64,000 bases of DNA from a virus, in IMG/VR virus record IMGVR_UViG_3300044701_001468; one strand, written 5' to 3'. The translations under genes were made by a program, and so were the position numbers. A model generated the notes under the pieces. It was not told where the DNA came from. It saw nothing but the letters and a program-made list of their open reading frames with translations, and did not search any database. The first letter of the stretch is position 1; every line of letters begins with the position of its first letter. This document shows, one piece after another, positions 56,072 through 64,000 of the stretch.

Positions 56072-58749
56072 TATCTAATCCTCCTCATTTGATCTATGCT
56101 TTCTACATATTGAGTGCTCATAGGAAGATCTACCACGTTAATTTTTGGTGATGGTGTGGAAGATATTTGTGGTTGAGATTGTGCTGGAATATTTACATTA
56201 TATACTTTTGGTCCTTTATATCCTGGTGCATTATAGTAAGCATTAGGACCAGATATCTGATCAAACGATGAGGTTGGTGCTGGATCTATTGCGTCGCCAA
56301 TGACAGGAAGGTTCAGCACACCAATAAATCTACCACCAAATTTCAGTATTCCTGTTTTAAATGCTTGAGCCATAGTTGGAGTGGCTTTATTCAACAGAGG
56401 AAGGAGAGATTGTGCTTTTGGTCCAGTATATTTTCCAGACAAAATACCTTCAGCGATTCTCAATCCTCTGTTTGCTTGTCGTTCCGAAACAACTGTTGCA
56501 CCCCTGAAAGTTTTAGACGCTTGAGGAACTAACAAATCTAATCGTGGTCCTTGCCCAGGTATAATACCTTTCCATGCGCCCGCCCCACGATAAGTATCAG
56601 CAACCCATCCCTTAGTGCTTCCATACACACCCTTACCAATCATACCAGATTGACCACGGAATCCAGTTGCTCGTATTAAATCAGGAACTCCTTGTTTGGT
56701 TCCATGCATAATTCTTTTTAATGGAACGTGTGATAATCCTGAAGGTTTTTTTAGAATCTTAGATGCGAAATCAGTAATAATTTTAATCCATCCACCCGAT
56801 GCTAAACTTGGTTTGTTTTCATGTGTCCATTCAACAGGATCTATTTGACCACCATTTTGACTGGTTCTAACCTCCCAGTGCAAGTGAGGACCAGTTGAAC
56901 GTCCAGTGCTGCCCAGTGTTCCAATAACTTCACCTGCTTTTACTTTGGTGCCAATATTCAACTGATTAGCTACGTCCTGTAAGTGACCATAAAAAGTGAA
57001 TATCTTTGGATTATCATGTTGAATACCAACTAAGTTACCATATCCACCCCCATTATCTTGAGGCCAGTTTCTATTGATATCAAAGACAGTTCCTGCAAAA
57101 GGAGAAATGATTTTTATACCACGATCACCATCTAAATCGATACCGCTGTGTTGTCTACCCCATCTCCAACCAAATCCAGAAACATATCCTATTTTACCAC
57201 TATCTGATTTTGAAAATGGTATCCATGCTGGTGCTTTTCCTACATTAGTTCCACCCTTGAAACGAAGCCCTTCTCCTTCGGAACCAATTGTTAAAATATC
57301 TTCTGCTATTTCTCCAGAAGTAAGTCCACCACCAGTAATACCACCAGCACCAAAAAAACCAAGATTATTATCATCTAGAAACGTTTTCCATTGTTTATAG
57401 AATGATTTTTTATCTTCTTCATTATCTTCAACACCAGCATATGCTTTACCACCAAGCAAAGAAGTAACTATAGAATCGGTTACCCCCATCAATCCAGATA
57501 GAGGACCGATTAAACCACGAATACCAGCATTAAAAAATCCTGCTAGTGGTCCAAGCGCAGTTAAAAATTCTCCTATCTTTGCAACAACCGCACCCAGCAT
57601 TGCAGATGCTGGTTTGATCATCAACTGAGCAAGTGAATTACTATACCTTTCTATATCTTTGGACCCAAATATATCTTTTCCGTAGTTCCTATTGAGAGGA
57701 ATGACTGCGGTTCCTGGTTTTAAATTTCCTGTTGTTGGTTTATCGTATATACCAGGCTCCAAATAATCAGCAGAACTTCCCAAGTCCCCAGTTACTATAC
57801 CACCTTTTGCTAGCTTAACTTGAGAATTTGATTGTGATATTGTATCTACATTTTCATCGGTTACCGATTCAATTATATTTTCAGTGACCTGCGATTCTCT
57901 GTCATCAAAAAATTCTTTATATGTTTGAATTTGATTTCCTAAAATCTGATTGACTGACTTAAACTGTGTCAGTATCTTTTTAGATTTTAATAATTGTGCA
58001 TTGTATTCGGTAGTCTGATTATTTAAAGTTTTTACAATGCCATCAAGAGATTTTTTATACTTATCAAATACTAATATAGTTTCAGTAGAAAGTTTATTCG
58101 GTACTGATATGCGTTTAGATTTCTTTTGTTTTTCTTCTTCTGATTTTACCTTAGGTGGTTCTGCAGCTGCAACAGATTGTTGCAACTCTTCTGGTGCTGC
58201 TGGTGGTAACATTGGAGGTGTTTTGCCAGCATCATATGATTGCTGCACCACTTTCAAATGTTGTATCAGTGGTTTGGATGGAACACTATAACTCCCAGAC
58301 CAAGGATCAACTATTTTTTGCTGTGGTTGTATATCATTTTGCTTTGGTTTATTCAAAGAAGAAGCAATCTTCTTTTTATTTTCCTGTATTTCTTTTACTC
58401 TTGCTTCAACTTCAGCCGCTTCTATCTTATCATTCGTTTGCTTACGAAATGGTTTCTCAAGGTATTCCTCTACCAACCACTCCTGATATTTTTGTAGATT
58501 TTCATACTCTTTAGCACCGCCAGTATTATTAAACTGAGGATATCCTCTTGGATCTTTTTTTAAATTTTCTATTAACCTATTAGCATCCGCTTCAGTTAAG
58601 TTGACAAAAGATGAATAATGAGTTCCATCATCCATCTTTCTACCAGTCAACCTAGCTTTAAGAAGTTTCCAAGTTCTCTCACCAACCTTGGCGGTATACC
58701 AAGGTATTTTAGGATCTAATACTCCTTCTGGTGGTTGAGGTAAACTCAT
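56071..58749 (-). CDS. Tape-measure-like virion protein with M23 peptidase and an ART-like C-terminal domain (paralog A)
   Basis: GFGWRWGRQHSGIDL...GYGNLV...YGHL...GSTGRSTGPHLHWEVR (M23 HxxxD/HxH); HGT...GF...GKGVY near 56620-56706. Confidence 0.8.
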   Translation of the reverse strand: MSLPQPPEGVLDPKIPWYTAKVGERTWKLLKARLTGRKMDDGTHYSSFVNLTEADANRLIENLKKDPRGYPQFNNTGGAKEYENLQKYQEWLVEEYLEKPFRKQTNDKIEAAEVEARVKEIQENKKKIASSLNKPKQNDIQPQQKIVDPWSGSYSVPSKPLIQHLKVVQQSYDAGKTPPMLPPAAPEELQQSVAAAEPPKVKSEEEKQKKSKRISVPNKLSTETILVFDKYKKSLDGIVKTLNNQTTEYNAQLLKSKKILTQFKSVNQILGNQIQTYKEFFDDRESQVTENIIESVTDENVDTISQSNSQVKLAKGGIVTGDLGSSADYLEPGIYDKPTTGNLKPGTAVIPLNRNYGKDIFGSKDIERYSNSLAQLMIKPASAMLGAVVAKIGEFLTALGPLAGFFNAGIRGLIGPLSGLMGVTDSIVTSLLGGKAYAGVEDNEEDKKSFYKQWKTFLDDNNLGFFGAGGITGGGLTSGEIAEDILTIGSEGEGLRFKGGTNVGKAPAWIPFSKSDSGKIGYVSGFGWRWGRQHSGIDLDGDRGIKIISPFAGTVFDINRNWPQDNGGGYGNLVGIQHDNPKIFTFYGHLQDVANQLNIGTKVKAGEVIGTLGSTGRSTGPHLHWEVRTSQNGGQIDPVEWTHENKPSLASGGWIKIITDFASKILKKPSGLSHVPLKRIMHGTKQGVPDLIRATGFRGQSGMIGKGVYGSTKGWVADTYRGAGAWKGIIPGQGPRLDLLVPQASKTFRGATVVSERQANRGLRIAEGILSGKYTGPKAQSLLPLLNKATPTMAQAFKTGILKFGGRFIGVLNLPVIGDAIDPAPTSSFDQISGPNAYYNAPGYKGPKVYNVNIPAQSQPQISSTPSPKINVVDLPMSTQYVESIDQMRRIR

Positions 58750-58919
58750 TTATTTTTTCTGTTATACTCTTCTATGTAAGCATTTAACATAGCAATGTAT
58801 GCCTGTCTTTCCCATGGCATCATATTATCTAGTTCAGTTAACGTAAATTTATGATGATACATCAAATTAAAATTTGATTGGTAATGATTCAATAATGATT
58901 CATGAAACAGGCTTATGCG
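58746..58919 (-). CDS. gp51: gp51-like baseplate/tail assembly ORF, probably the -1 frameshift extension of gp26; first ATG only at 58862
   Basis: Read manually: RISLFHESLLNHYQSNFNLMYHHKFTLTELDNMMPWERQAYIAMLNAYIEEYNRKNK; MxHH..L.E...M.PWER is the gp51 signature. Confidence 0.8.
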   Translation of the reverse strand, partial: RISLFHESLLNHYQSNFNLMYHHKFTLTELDNMMPWERQAYIAMLNAYIEEYNRKNK

Positions 58920-59629
58920 AAAAAATTTACTAGTCCTTCAATCGTATATTCAGATTCAACTTCTGTATTGGGATTGGTTATCTTAAATGAATGGGATAAC
59001 TTAGGCATTGTAGCAAAGAACTCTTGTATCTTAGCAAATTGCTTTGATGTTAGACCTTCTAGATATGCTTCAATGTCTTTTTTGTTGGTAGTTTTTGCTT
59101 CAAAAACTTCGTCTCCAGTGAAAACTTGATCAACAGAATTAACAACGATATCAAATACTTCTTCAGCTGATAGAGTTTTCATCATGATCTGTGTATCAAT
59201 AAAGGAATTAACTCCAGGATATTTCATCACCACACCACTATCATCATTCAACATGATTTTATTTGTGTGACCTTCTTGTTTAATAACTTGAATGTCTTCA
59301 ACGTTGATGACGTAATTAACTTGTGTCTCATCATCATCTCTACAAGTAATCTTTAGTTGAATTTCTTCTCCTGCAGATTTACCTCTGATATTTAAAAAGA
59401 TGTATTCAATATCAAAACTTGGCAACTCTTCTATCTTGATACCACGAGTCTGAATACAATTTTTTAAAAGATCAACGACAGCATTTTTGATTTGCTTTTC
59501 ATCTTGTGACTCCATAGCCACGAGAAGAATTTTTTCTTCCTTGACTAAGAATGGTCTGTATTTAATTGTTTTCCCTGTGGATGGTAATTGCAACTCATAA
59601 GAGGGAACGGGTGGACTTGGTAAAGGCAT
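58913..59629 (-). CDS. gp26: Baseplate hub assembly protein gp26-like
   Basis: MPLP...PSYELQLPSTGKTIKYRPFLVKEEKILL...FDIEYIFLNIRGKSAGE...EGL.NFF. Confidence 0.9.
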   Translation of the reverse strand: MPLPSPPVPSYELQLPSTGKTIKYRPFLVKEEKILLVAMESQDEKQIKNAVVDLLKNCIQTRGIKIEELPSFDIEYIFLNIRGKSAGEEIQLKITCRDDDETQVNYVINVEDIQVIKQEGHTNKIMLNDDSGVVMKYPGVNSFIDTQIMMKTLSAEEVFDIVVNSVDQVFTGDEVFEAKTTNKKDIEAYLEGLTSKQFAKIQEFFATMPKLSHSFKITNPNTEVESEYTIEGLVNFFA

Positions 59630-59666
59630 AATTACTCCAAAAAGAAATTATAATTTATGTTGATAT

Positions 59667-60299
59667 TTAGTTACGACGTTGAGCTTCTTTCAACTCCTGC
59701 TTAATAAGTTTCCATTTGCGATAGTAGAAGTTAACAGTTAATTTTACCAACTGGGAACTACCATATGACAATGGTATTTGATCGATAGAATATGGCCATA
59801 TCTTATCAAACTCATATTGTAAAGAATATTTGCCACCATCAGTAAGAGCACTTTTCTCAGTTTTTCTAACTGACATAGTAGCTTGATATGTATTTGGATA
59901 ACGAAGACTTATAGATTGATTGGAATCTTCTGATCTAAAAATGTATTCCATCCAATCGTTTATTTTTTTGATTGGTGTCATGTTCGCATCACACATAAAT
60001 GATAATTGTATATCATTATACATTCTACCTGTTGGATAATACCAAATACCAGAACCAGGAAGAACATTAGTAAGTTGTCCTGTAGTTGCTTGAATTCCTG
60101 GTAAAGAGACTTCATCACAAAACAACATCATTCTTTCTTCGTCATTGGAAGCTCTAGCATCATTAGTATTTAAATTACCCCATCTAGATCCAACAACAGA
60201 ACTAACGCCAGATGGAAATACAAATTCCAAAGCATAATTATTACTGGTTGCCATGCCACCGCCTGCAGCAATGTTAGCCAGTAAAGCAGAGATGCCCAT
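59667..60299 (-). CDS. gp54: Tail-tube-fold protein (gp54/gp19-like baseplate-tube initiator)
   Basis: LFCDEVSLPG...YPTGRMYNDIQLSFMCD...WP.SI....LSYGSSQLVKLTVNF.YRKW. Confidence 0.65.
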   Translation of the reverse strand: MGISALLANIAAGGGMATSNNYALEFVFPSGVSSVVGSRWGNLNTNDARASNDEERMMLFCDEVSLPGIQATTGQLTNVLPGSGIWYYPTGRMYNDIQLSFMCDANMTPIKKINDWMEYIFRSEDSNQSISLRYPNTYQATMSVRKTEKSALTDGGKYSLQYEFDKIWPYSIDQIPLSYGSSQLVKLTVNFYYRKWKLIKQELKEAQRRN

Positions 60300-60301
60300 C
60301 T

Positions 60302-60330
60302 ACTAAATACCTTGAGAAGTTATATTTATA
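60302..60330. promoter_or_regulatory. Divergent late promoters
   Basis: ACTAAATA (+, 60302-60309) toward gp4; TATAAATA (-, 60323-60330) toward the tube-like gene. Confidence 0.75.
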
Positions 60331-60333
60331 TTT

Positions 60334-60771
60334 ATGGCGTACTCGGGATTTTATCGCCCAACAAATCCCAGCAAATACAGAGGAAATCCGATGAACATTG
60401 TTTATCGTTCTCTCTGGGAAAGAAAGTTTATGGTTTTTTGTGATCGTAATGCTAACATAATTGAGTGGGGCAGTGAGGAAGTTGTGATACCTTATCGTTC
60501 TCCTTTGGATGGTAGAGTACATCGTTATTATGTTGACTTCTATATTAAGGTTCGTACTAAAACAAATGAAATTAAAAAGTATCTCATTGAAATCAAACCA
60601 AAGCAACAGACAACTCCTCCACCACCATCAAAGAAACAGACAAAAGTATATAAAGATAAAGTATTAACATTCCTGAAGAACCAAGCGAAATGGGAAGCCG
60701 CAAGTGACTGGTGTGAGGATAGGCAAATGGAGTTTCTTATTCTCACCGAAGATCACTTGGGGATAAAATAA
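60334..60771 (+). CDS. gp4: Head completion nuclease gp4
   Basis: MAYSGFYRP.NPSKY.G....IVYRSLWE..FM..CD....W.SEE..IPY.SP.DG..HRYYVDF...IEIKP. Confidence 0.95.
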   Translation: MAYSGFYRPTNPSKYRGNPMNIVYRSLWERKFMVFCDRNANIIEWGSEEVVIPYRSPLDGRVHRYYVDFYIKVRTKTNEIKKYLIEIKPKQQTTPPPPSKKQTKVYKDKVLTFLKNQAKWEAASDWCEDRQMEFLILTEDHLGIK

Positions 60772-61452
60772 ATGGCAAAGGGATTCAAAAAAGAAGATAA
60801 ACAAAAAACAAAAGGTTATAATACTCTGTTCGAAAGAGTAAAAGAAAAATCAGGAAACGAAGAACAGACTTGGCAGTGGTATAGAAAGACTGTTCGAACA
60901 ATGGCGTTGGAATATAAACAACAACCAGACAAAACATTAAGAGATGAACGCAGAGATAAATCAGACGACGAAGAAAATAAAGATGCAAATCAATTAAGAA
61001 GATACGCTAGGGTCGGTAGGTTATTTCTCTTTGAATACAAAGCAAAGATGAAGTATCTACCATACTACGATACATTTCCTCTGGTATATGTGATTAAAGC
61101 AAATGCAGATCATTTCTTTGGTGCTAATTTGCATTATCTAGAACCGAGAAAAAGAGTTCTTGCAATAGAGAAACTAAAAAATGATCGTATTGACTTACCT
61201 CGCTCATGTTTTCATAAATATATTCTAGACCATGTAGATGGATTCCTATTAGATCTTGCTCTCGATGAATGGGATACTGCTATTGCATTGCCAGTGGAAC
61301 ACTTTGTTAAGGAAAGAGGCAATACATTAGTTCCATACAAATCATCTGATGTGTGGAAAGAAACCAACGAAAAATATAGTGATCGAATAAAAGCAAAAAG
61401 AATCATTAGAGGTTATGGTAGACCAGAGGACATCGAGGTAGTAAGACAATGA
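60772..61452 (+). CDS. gp2: DNA end-protector protein gp2
   Basis: GRLFLFEYKAK...LPYYDTFPLV...FGANLHYL...FHKY. Confidence 0.9.
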   Translation: MAKGFKKEDKQKTKGYNTLFERVKEKSGNEEQTWQWYRKTVRTMALEYKQQPDKTLRDERRDKSDDEENKDANQLRRYARVGRLFLFEYKAKMKYLPYYDTFPLVYVIKANADHFFGANLHYLEPRKRVLAIEKLKNDRIDLPRSCFHKYILDHVDGFLLDLALDEWDTAIALPVEHFVKERGNTLVPYKSSDVWKETNEKYSDRIKAKRIIRGYGRPEDIEVVRQ

Positions 61453-62357
61453 GTATTTTAAAATATCCCAAAGATATATCATCAGAATATTATATAAAAT
61501 TTCAATTTTATACTTACGAACCAGCATATAGTGCTAAGGCTTCAGTAACTGCCCAGGGTTCCACAACTAATGTAACTCAAGGATATAATGCTTCTCTAGA
61601 CATAGCAAAAAAGAAATCTGATCTTCCAGACATTTATTTACCTATGCCAGCAGAAATAGGTTCTCAGTATGTTGGTCAGTGGGGAGGTCAAAATATGAGT
61701 TCGTTAGCATCCACAGCATTAACTGCAGTATCAAAAGCAGCTGGGATGTCTGGTGCAGCCGCACCAAAAGCAATAATGGACGCATTAAAAAATCCAAACA
61801 ACAACGCTGCAACAGGAGCTGGTATAGCACTAGAACAAGCTTTTAAAACAGCGAAAGATTTTTTAAACAATACTCCCTTAATAGGAGCAAATTTAACCAC
61901 AGATCAATTATTAGCATTAGGAACCAATTCTATTTTAAATCCCAACACAGAACTTTTATATGGTGGAACTGATTTGAGAACTCATGGATATAAATTTAAA
62001 TTAGTGCCAAACAGCGATAGCGAAGCAAGAAATATAAAACAGATCGTAACCATATTCAAACAAGCAGCTTTACCAAAAAGAGAATCTTCTGTTTTTGGGT
62101 TATCAGCAAGAAACTTTATTGGAATACCTGATCTATGCAAAGTAGAATTCATCAAAAGAGGTGGAGGAGACAACAAAAATCTACCAAAGTATAAACTTTC
62201 AGCTATCTCAAATGTAGATGTAAATTATATAACTGATGGTCAATACATAGAATATGATGATGGGTTTCCACTAGGAATAGAACTAACGTTAGCATTCAAA
62301 GAACTCAAACTATTGTTCTCTGAAGAAATTGGCGAAGGTAATACGGATTATAGGTAA
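61449..62357 (+). CDS. gp48: Baseplate tail-tube cap gp48
   Basis: LKYP...IYLPMP...NPNTELLY.G..LR.H.Y.FKL.P.S..EA..I..I...FK...IPD...V.VNY..DG...LTL.FKE. Confidence 0.88.
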   Translation: MSILKYPKDISSEYYIKFQFYTYEPAYSAKASVTAQGSTTNVTQGYNASLDIAKKKSDLPDIYLPMPAEIGSQYVGQWGGQNMSSLASTALTAVSKAAGMSGAAAPKAIMDALKNPNNNAATGAGIALEQAFKTAKDFLNNTPLIGANLTTDQLLALGTNSILNPNTELLYGGTDLRTHGYKFKLVPNSDSEARNIKQIVTIFKQAALPKRESSVFGLSARNFIGIPDLCKVEFIKRGGGDNKNLPKYKLSAISNVDVNYITDGQYIEYDDGFPLGIELTLAFKELKLLFSEEIGEGNTDYR

Positions 62358-62362
62358 CACTC

Positions 62363-63037
62363 ATGGCATTTTTCAACAGACTTCCAGACGTAGAGTACGA
62401 TTTAAAACCATTAGTGTTTCCTTTTTCGGAACAACAATATACTCTTGCAAAAAATTTCTTCAGAAGATACAAACTATCTGAAGGATCATTCAATTACACC
62501 ACGTTGTTCACCGAATACGTGATGACAGATAATGATAGACCAGATACTATATCAAATAAATTCTACAAGACACCAGAATATGATTGGGTAGTATTAATTA
62601 CTAATAATATTATCAATACTTATTTTGATTTGCCTGTAAAAGAATCATATCTATATGATATGGTAAACGAAGCGTATAAAAACACTCCAGGATCTCAACA
62701 ATATCCAGCAGATAGAATTCATCATTACGAAACATACGAAATTAAAAATTCATCTGGCAAGGTAGTTCTACAAAAAAATATAAAAGTAGAAAAATCTTTT
62801 TATGATTCACCATTTAAGTATTACGATAATGGTTCAATAGTTACGATACCTGGGAACCAAGTGTCAACCCCAGTAACAAACTACGAATACGAAAAAAATC
62901 TAAATGACGAAAAAAGAAAAATTTATGTATTGAAACCTGAGTTTGTGCAAGAATTTATTTCTCAATATGAAACTGGTATGGTGTACTCAAGATCTAATTC
63001 TTACATAGATAGAAAAACAAAGCGATCTGGAATCTGA
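62363..63037 (+). CDS. gp53: Baseplate wedge gp53
   Basis: FFNRLPDVEY...KNFFRR...RPDTIS.KFY...YDWVVLITNNI...IHHYET...EYE..LND.KR.I. Confidence 0.92.
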   Translation: MAFFNRLPDVEYDLKPLVFPFSEQQYTLAKNFFRRYKLSEGSFNYTTLFTEYVMTDNDRPDTISNKFYKTPEYDWVVLITNNIINTYFDLPVKESYLYDMVNEAYKNTPGSQQYPADRIHHYETYEIKNSSGKVVLQKNIKVEKSFYDSPFKYYDNGSIVTIPGNQVSTPVTNYEYEKNLNDEKRKIYVLKPEFVQEFISQYETGMVYSRSNSYIDRKTKRSGI

Positions 63038-63051
63038 AAACCTTTTAGGCA

Positions 63052-63082
63052 AAAAAATTGGGCGGATTTTTTTTCCGCCCAA
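63052..63082. terminator. Terminator hairpin between the convergent gp53 and gp32 genes
   Basis: TTGGGCGGA (63058-63066) / TCCGCCCAA (63074-63082), with an A7 run on the left. Confidence 0.75.
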
Positions 63083-63109
63083 ATGGTTTTCGTTATGTGA
63101 TTTTGAAAA

Positions 63110-64000
63110 TCAGTCTTCCTCAGCGAGTCGAGCGAAGTAACTGAGAGCATCATCCTCTTCATCGTCAGCAGGAACGGTAGCAGCAACCTTAGGCAGTGCA
63201 GGTTCACGACGAGGAGCAGGGGCAGCGAACTCTTCATCCTCTTCCTCATCCATCACACGAGTCACCTGAGCAGCGCGAGCGGCGGCAGGAGTCTTGGTGA
63301 TACCAAGCACCAGATTCAGGCGCTCTTCCAGTTCTTCATAGGACTTGAAGTTATCAGGAGCGACAAACGCTTGAAGGGAATGCGCCTGCTTCCATACTTT
63401 TTCAAGCACAGAATCATCGGCGTTGAGTGCAGAGGGAGCAGCAAACTCAGACTTATCGTAGTTCCAGTAACCAGCAACGTTAGTGATCTTCAGTTTGAAG
63501 TTAGCACCTTCCCACAGATCGAAAGGATTGATGGGAGTTTCATCTTCAAACTCAGGTTGCATAGCGGCAGTGATCTTGTCAAAGATCTTCTTGCCAAACT
63601 TATACAGGAACACTTTGCCTTCATTCTCGGGATTTGCTTTGTCGCTCACCACATAGATGTTGGCGTAGTAAGTCAGTTTACGCTTCTGCTTACGAGCAGT
63701 TTCTTTATCAGCATCACGACCACTATTCCACAGGCGGCGATTCACTTCACCCACAGGGTCTTTACCACCCAGAGTAGTCAAAGAGTTTTCGATATACCAA
63801 CCACCATCACCTTGGAAGGCATGGGAATAGAGTTTCACGAACGGAATTTCCTCACCATCAGGCGCAGGGAGGAAACGGATCACGGCAAATCCATTACCAG
63901 CGGCGTCAACGCTGGGCTTCCAGAAACGATCGTCGCCACTAGAAGTAGAGTTTGCTTTCTCCAGTTCCTTAGTCAGGGAAGAGAAAGAGTTTTGGGATTT
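63110..64000 (-). CDS. gp32: Single-stranded DNA-binding protein gp32, 5' end outside the window
   Basis: DDRFWKP.VD..GNGFAVIRFLPAP.GE..PFVKLYSHAFQG.GGWYIENSLTTLG.KDPV...YKFGKKIFDKI; acidic tail DDALSYFARLAEED. Confidence 0.97.
   Translation of the reverse strand, partial: KSQNSFSSLTKELEKANSTSSGDDRFWKPSVDAAGNGFAVIRFLPAPDGEEIPFVKLYSHAFQGDGGWYIENSLTTLGGKDPVGEVNRRLWNSGRDADKETARKQKRKLTYYANIYVVSDKANPENEGKVFLYKFGKKIFDKITAAMQPEFEDETPINPFDLWEGANFKLKITNVAGYWNYDKSEFAAPSALNADDSVLEKVWKQAHSLQAFVAPDNFKSYEELEERLNLVLGITKTPAAARAAQVTRVMDEEEDEEFAAPAPRREPALPKVAATVPADDEEDDALSYFARLAEED

Noticed and set aside
33371-58514. Numerous short plus-strand ORFs opposite the structural genes
   Set aside because: Antisense shadows of long minus-strand genes, with no RBS or promoter support.

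Overview
This window is part of a T4-like cyanomyovirus genome (Kyanoviridae-like). The evidence is T4-type baseplate genes gp6/7/25/5/26/51/48/53, gp2, gp4, gp32, TATAAATA late promoters, cp12 and a cpeT-like gene. Almost everything is on the minus strand. Layout by coordinate: baseplate wedge genes (1-5.4 kb); a GC-rich cluster of small early genes with repeated sigma70 promoter cassettes, an orphan HicA and an ArdA-like protein (6.5-9.6 kb); a largely non-coding, repeat-rich zone with clustered DnaA-box 9-mers, long inverted repeats and an AT-rich tract, a candidate origin (10.0-11.6 kb); many small hypothetical genes plus a GIY-YIG nuclease/adenine MTase pair, an SF2 helicase and RlpA (11.6-26.9 kb); a tail-fibre operon with two 2OG-Fe(II) oxygenases, three collar-domain fibres and a 3553-aa fibre (26.9-43.6 kb); tRNA-Thr, cpeT and tRNA-Leu; then the spike/hub/tape-measure module, with three paralogous enzyme-bearing proteins, and gp32 (44.9-64 kb). 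Best leads: (1) an oriC-like DnaA-box cluster in a T4-like phage; (2) a probable -1 programmed frameshift (T TTT TTC) fusing gp26 to gp51 in a lambda V-G-T-H-like gene order; (3) an ADP-ribosyltransferase-like domain inside an M23-peptidase virion protein; (4) a palindromic TGTGCCA-N10-TGTCACA-type box at fixed spacing from early -10 elements; (5) an orphan HicA and a phage R-M-like pair. All family calls come from motif recognition by eye; no database searches were run.
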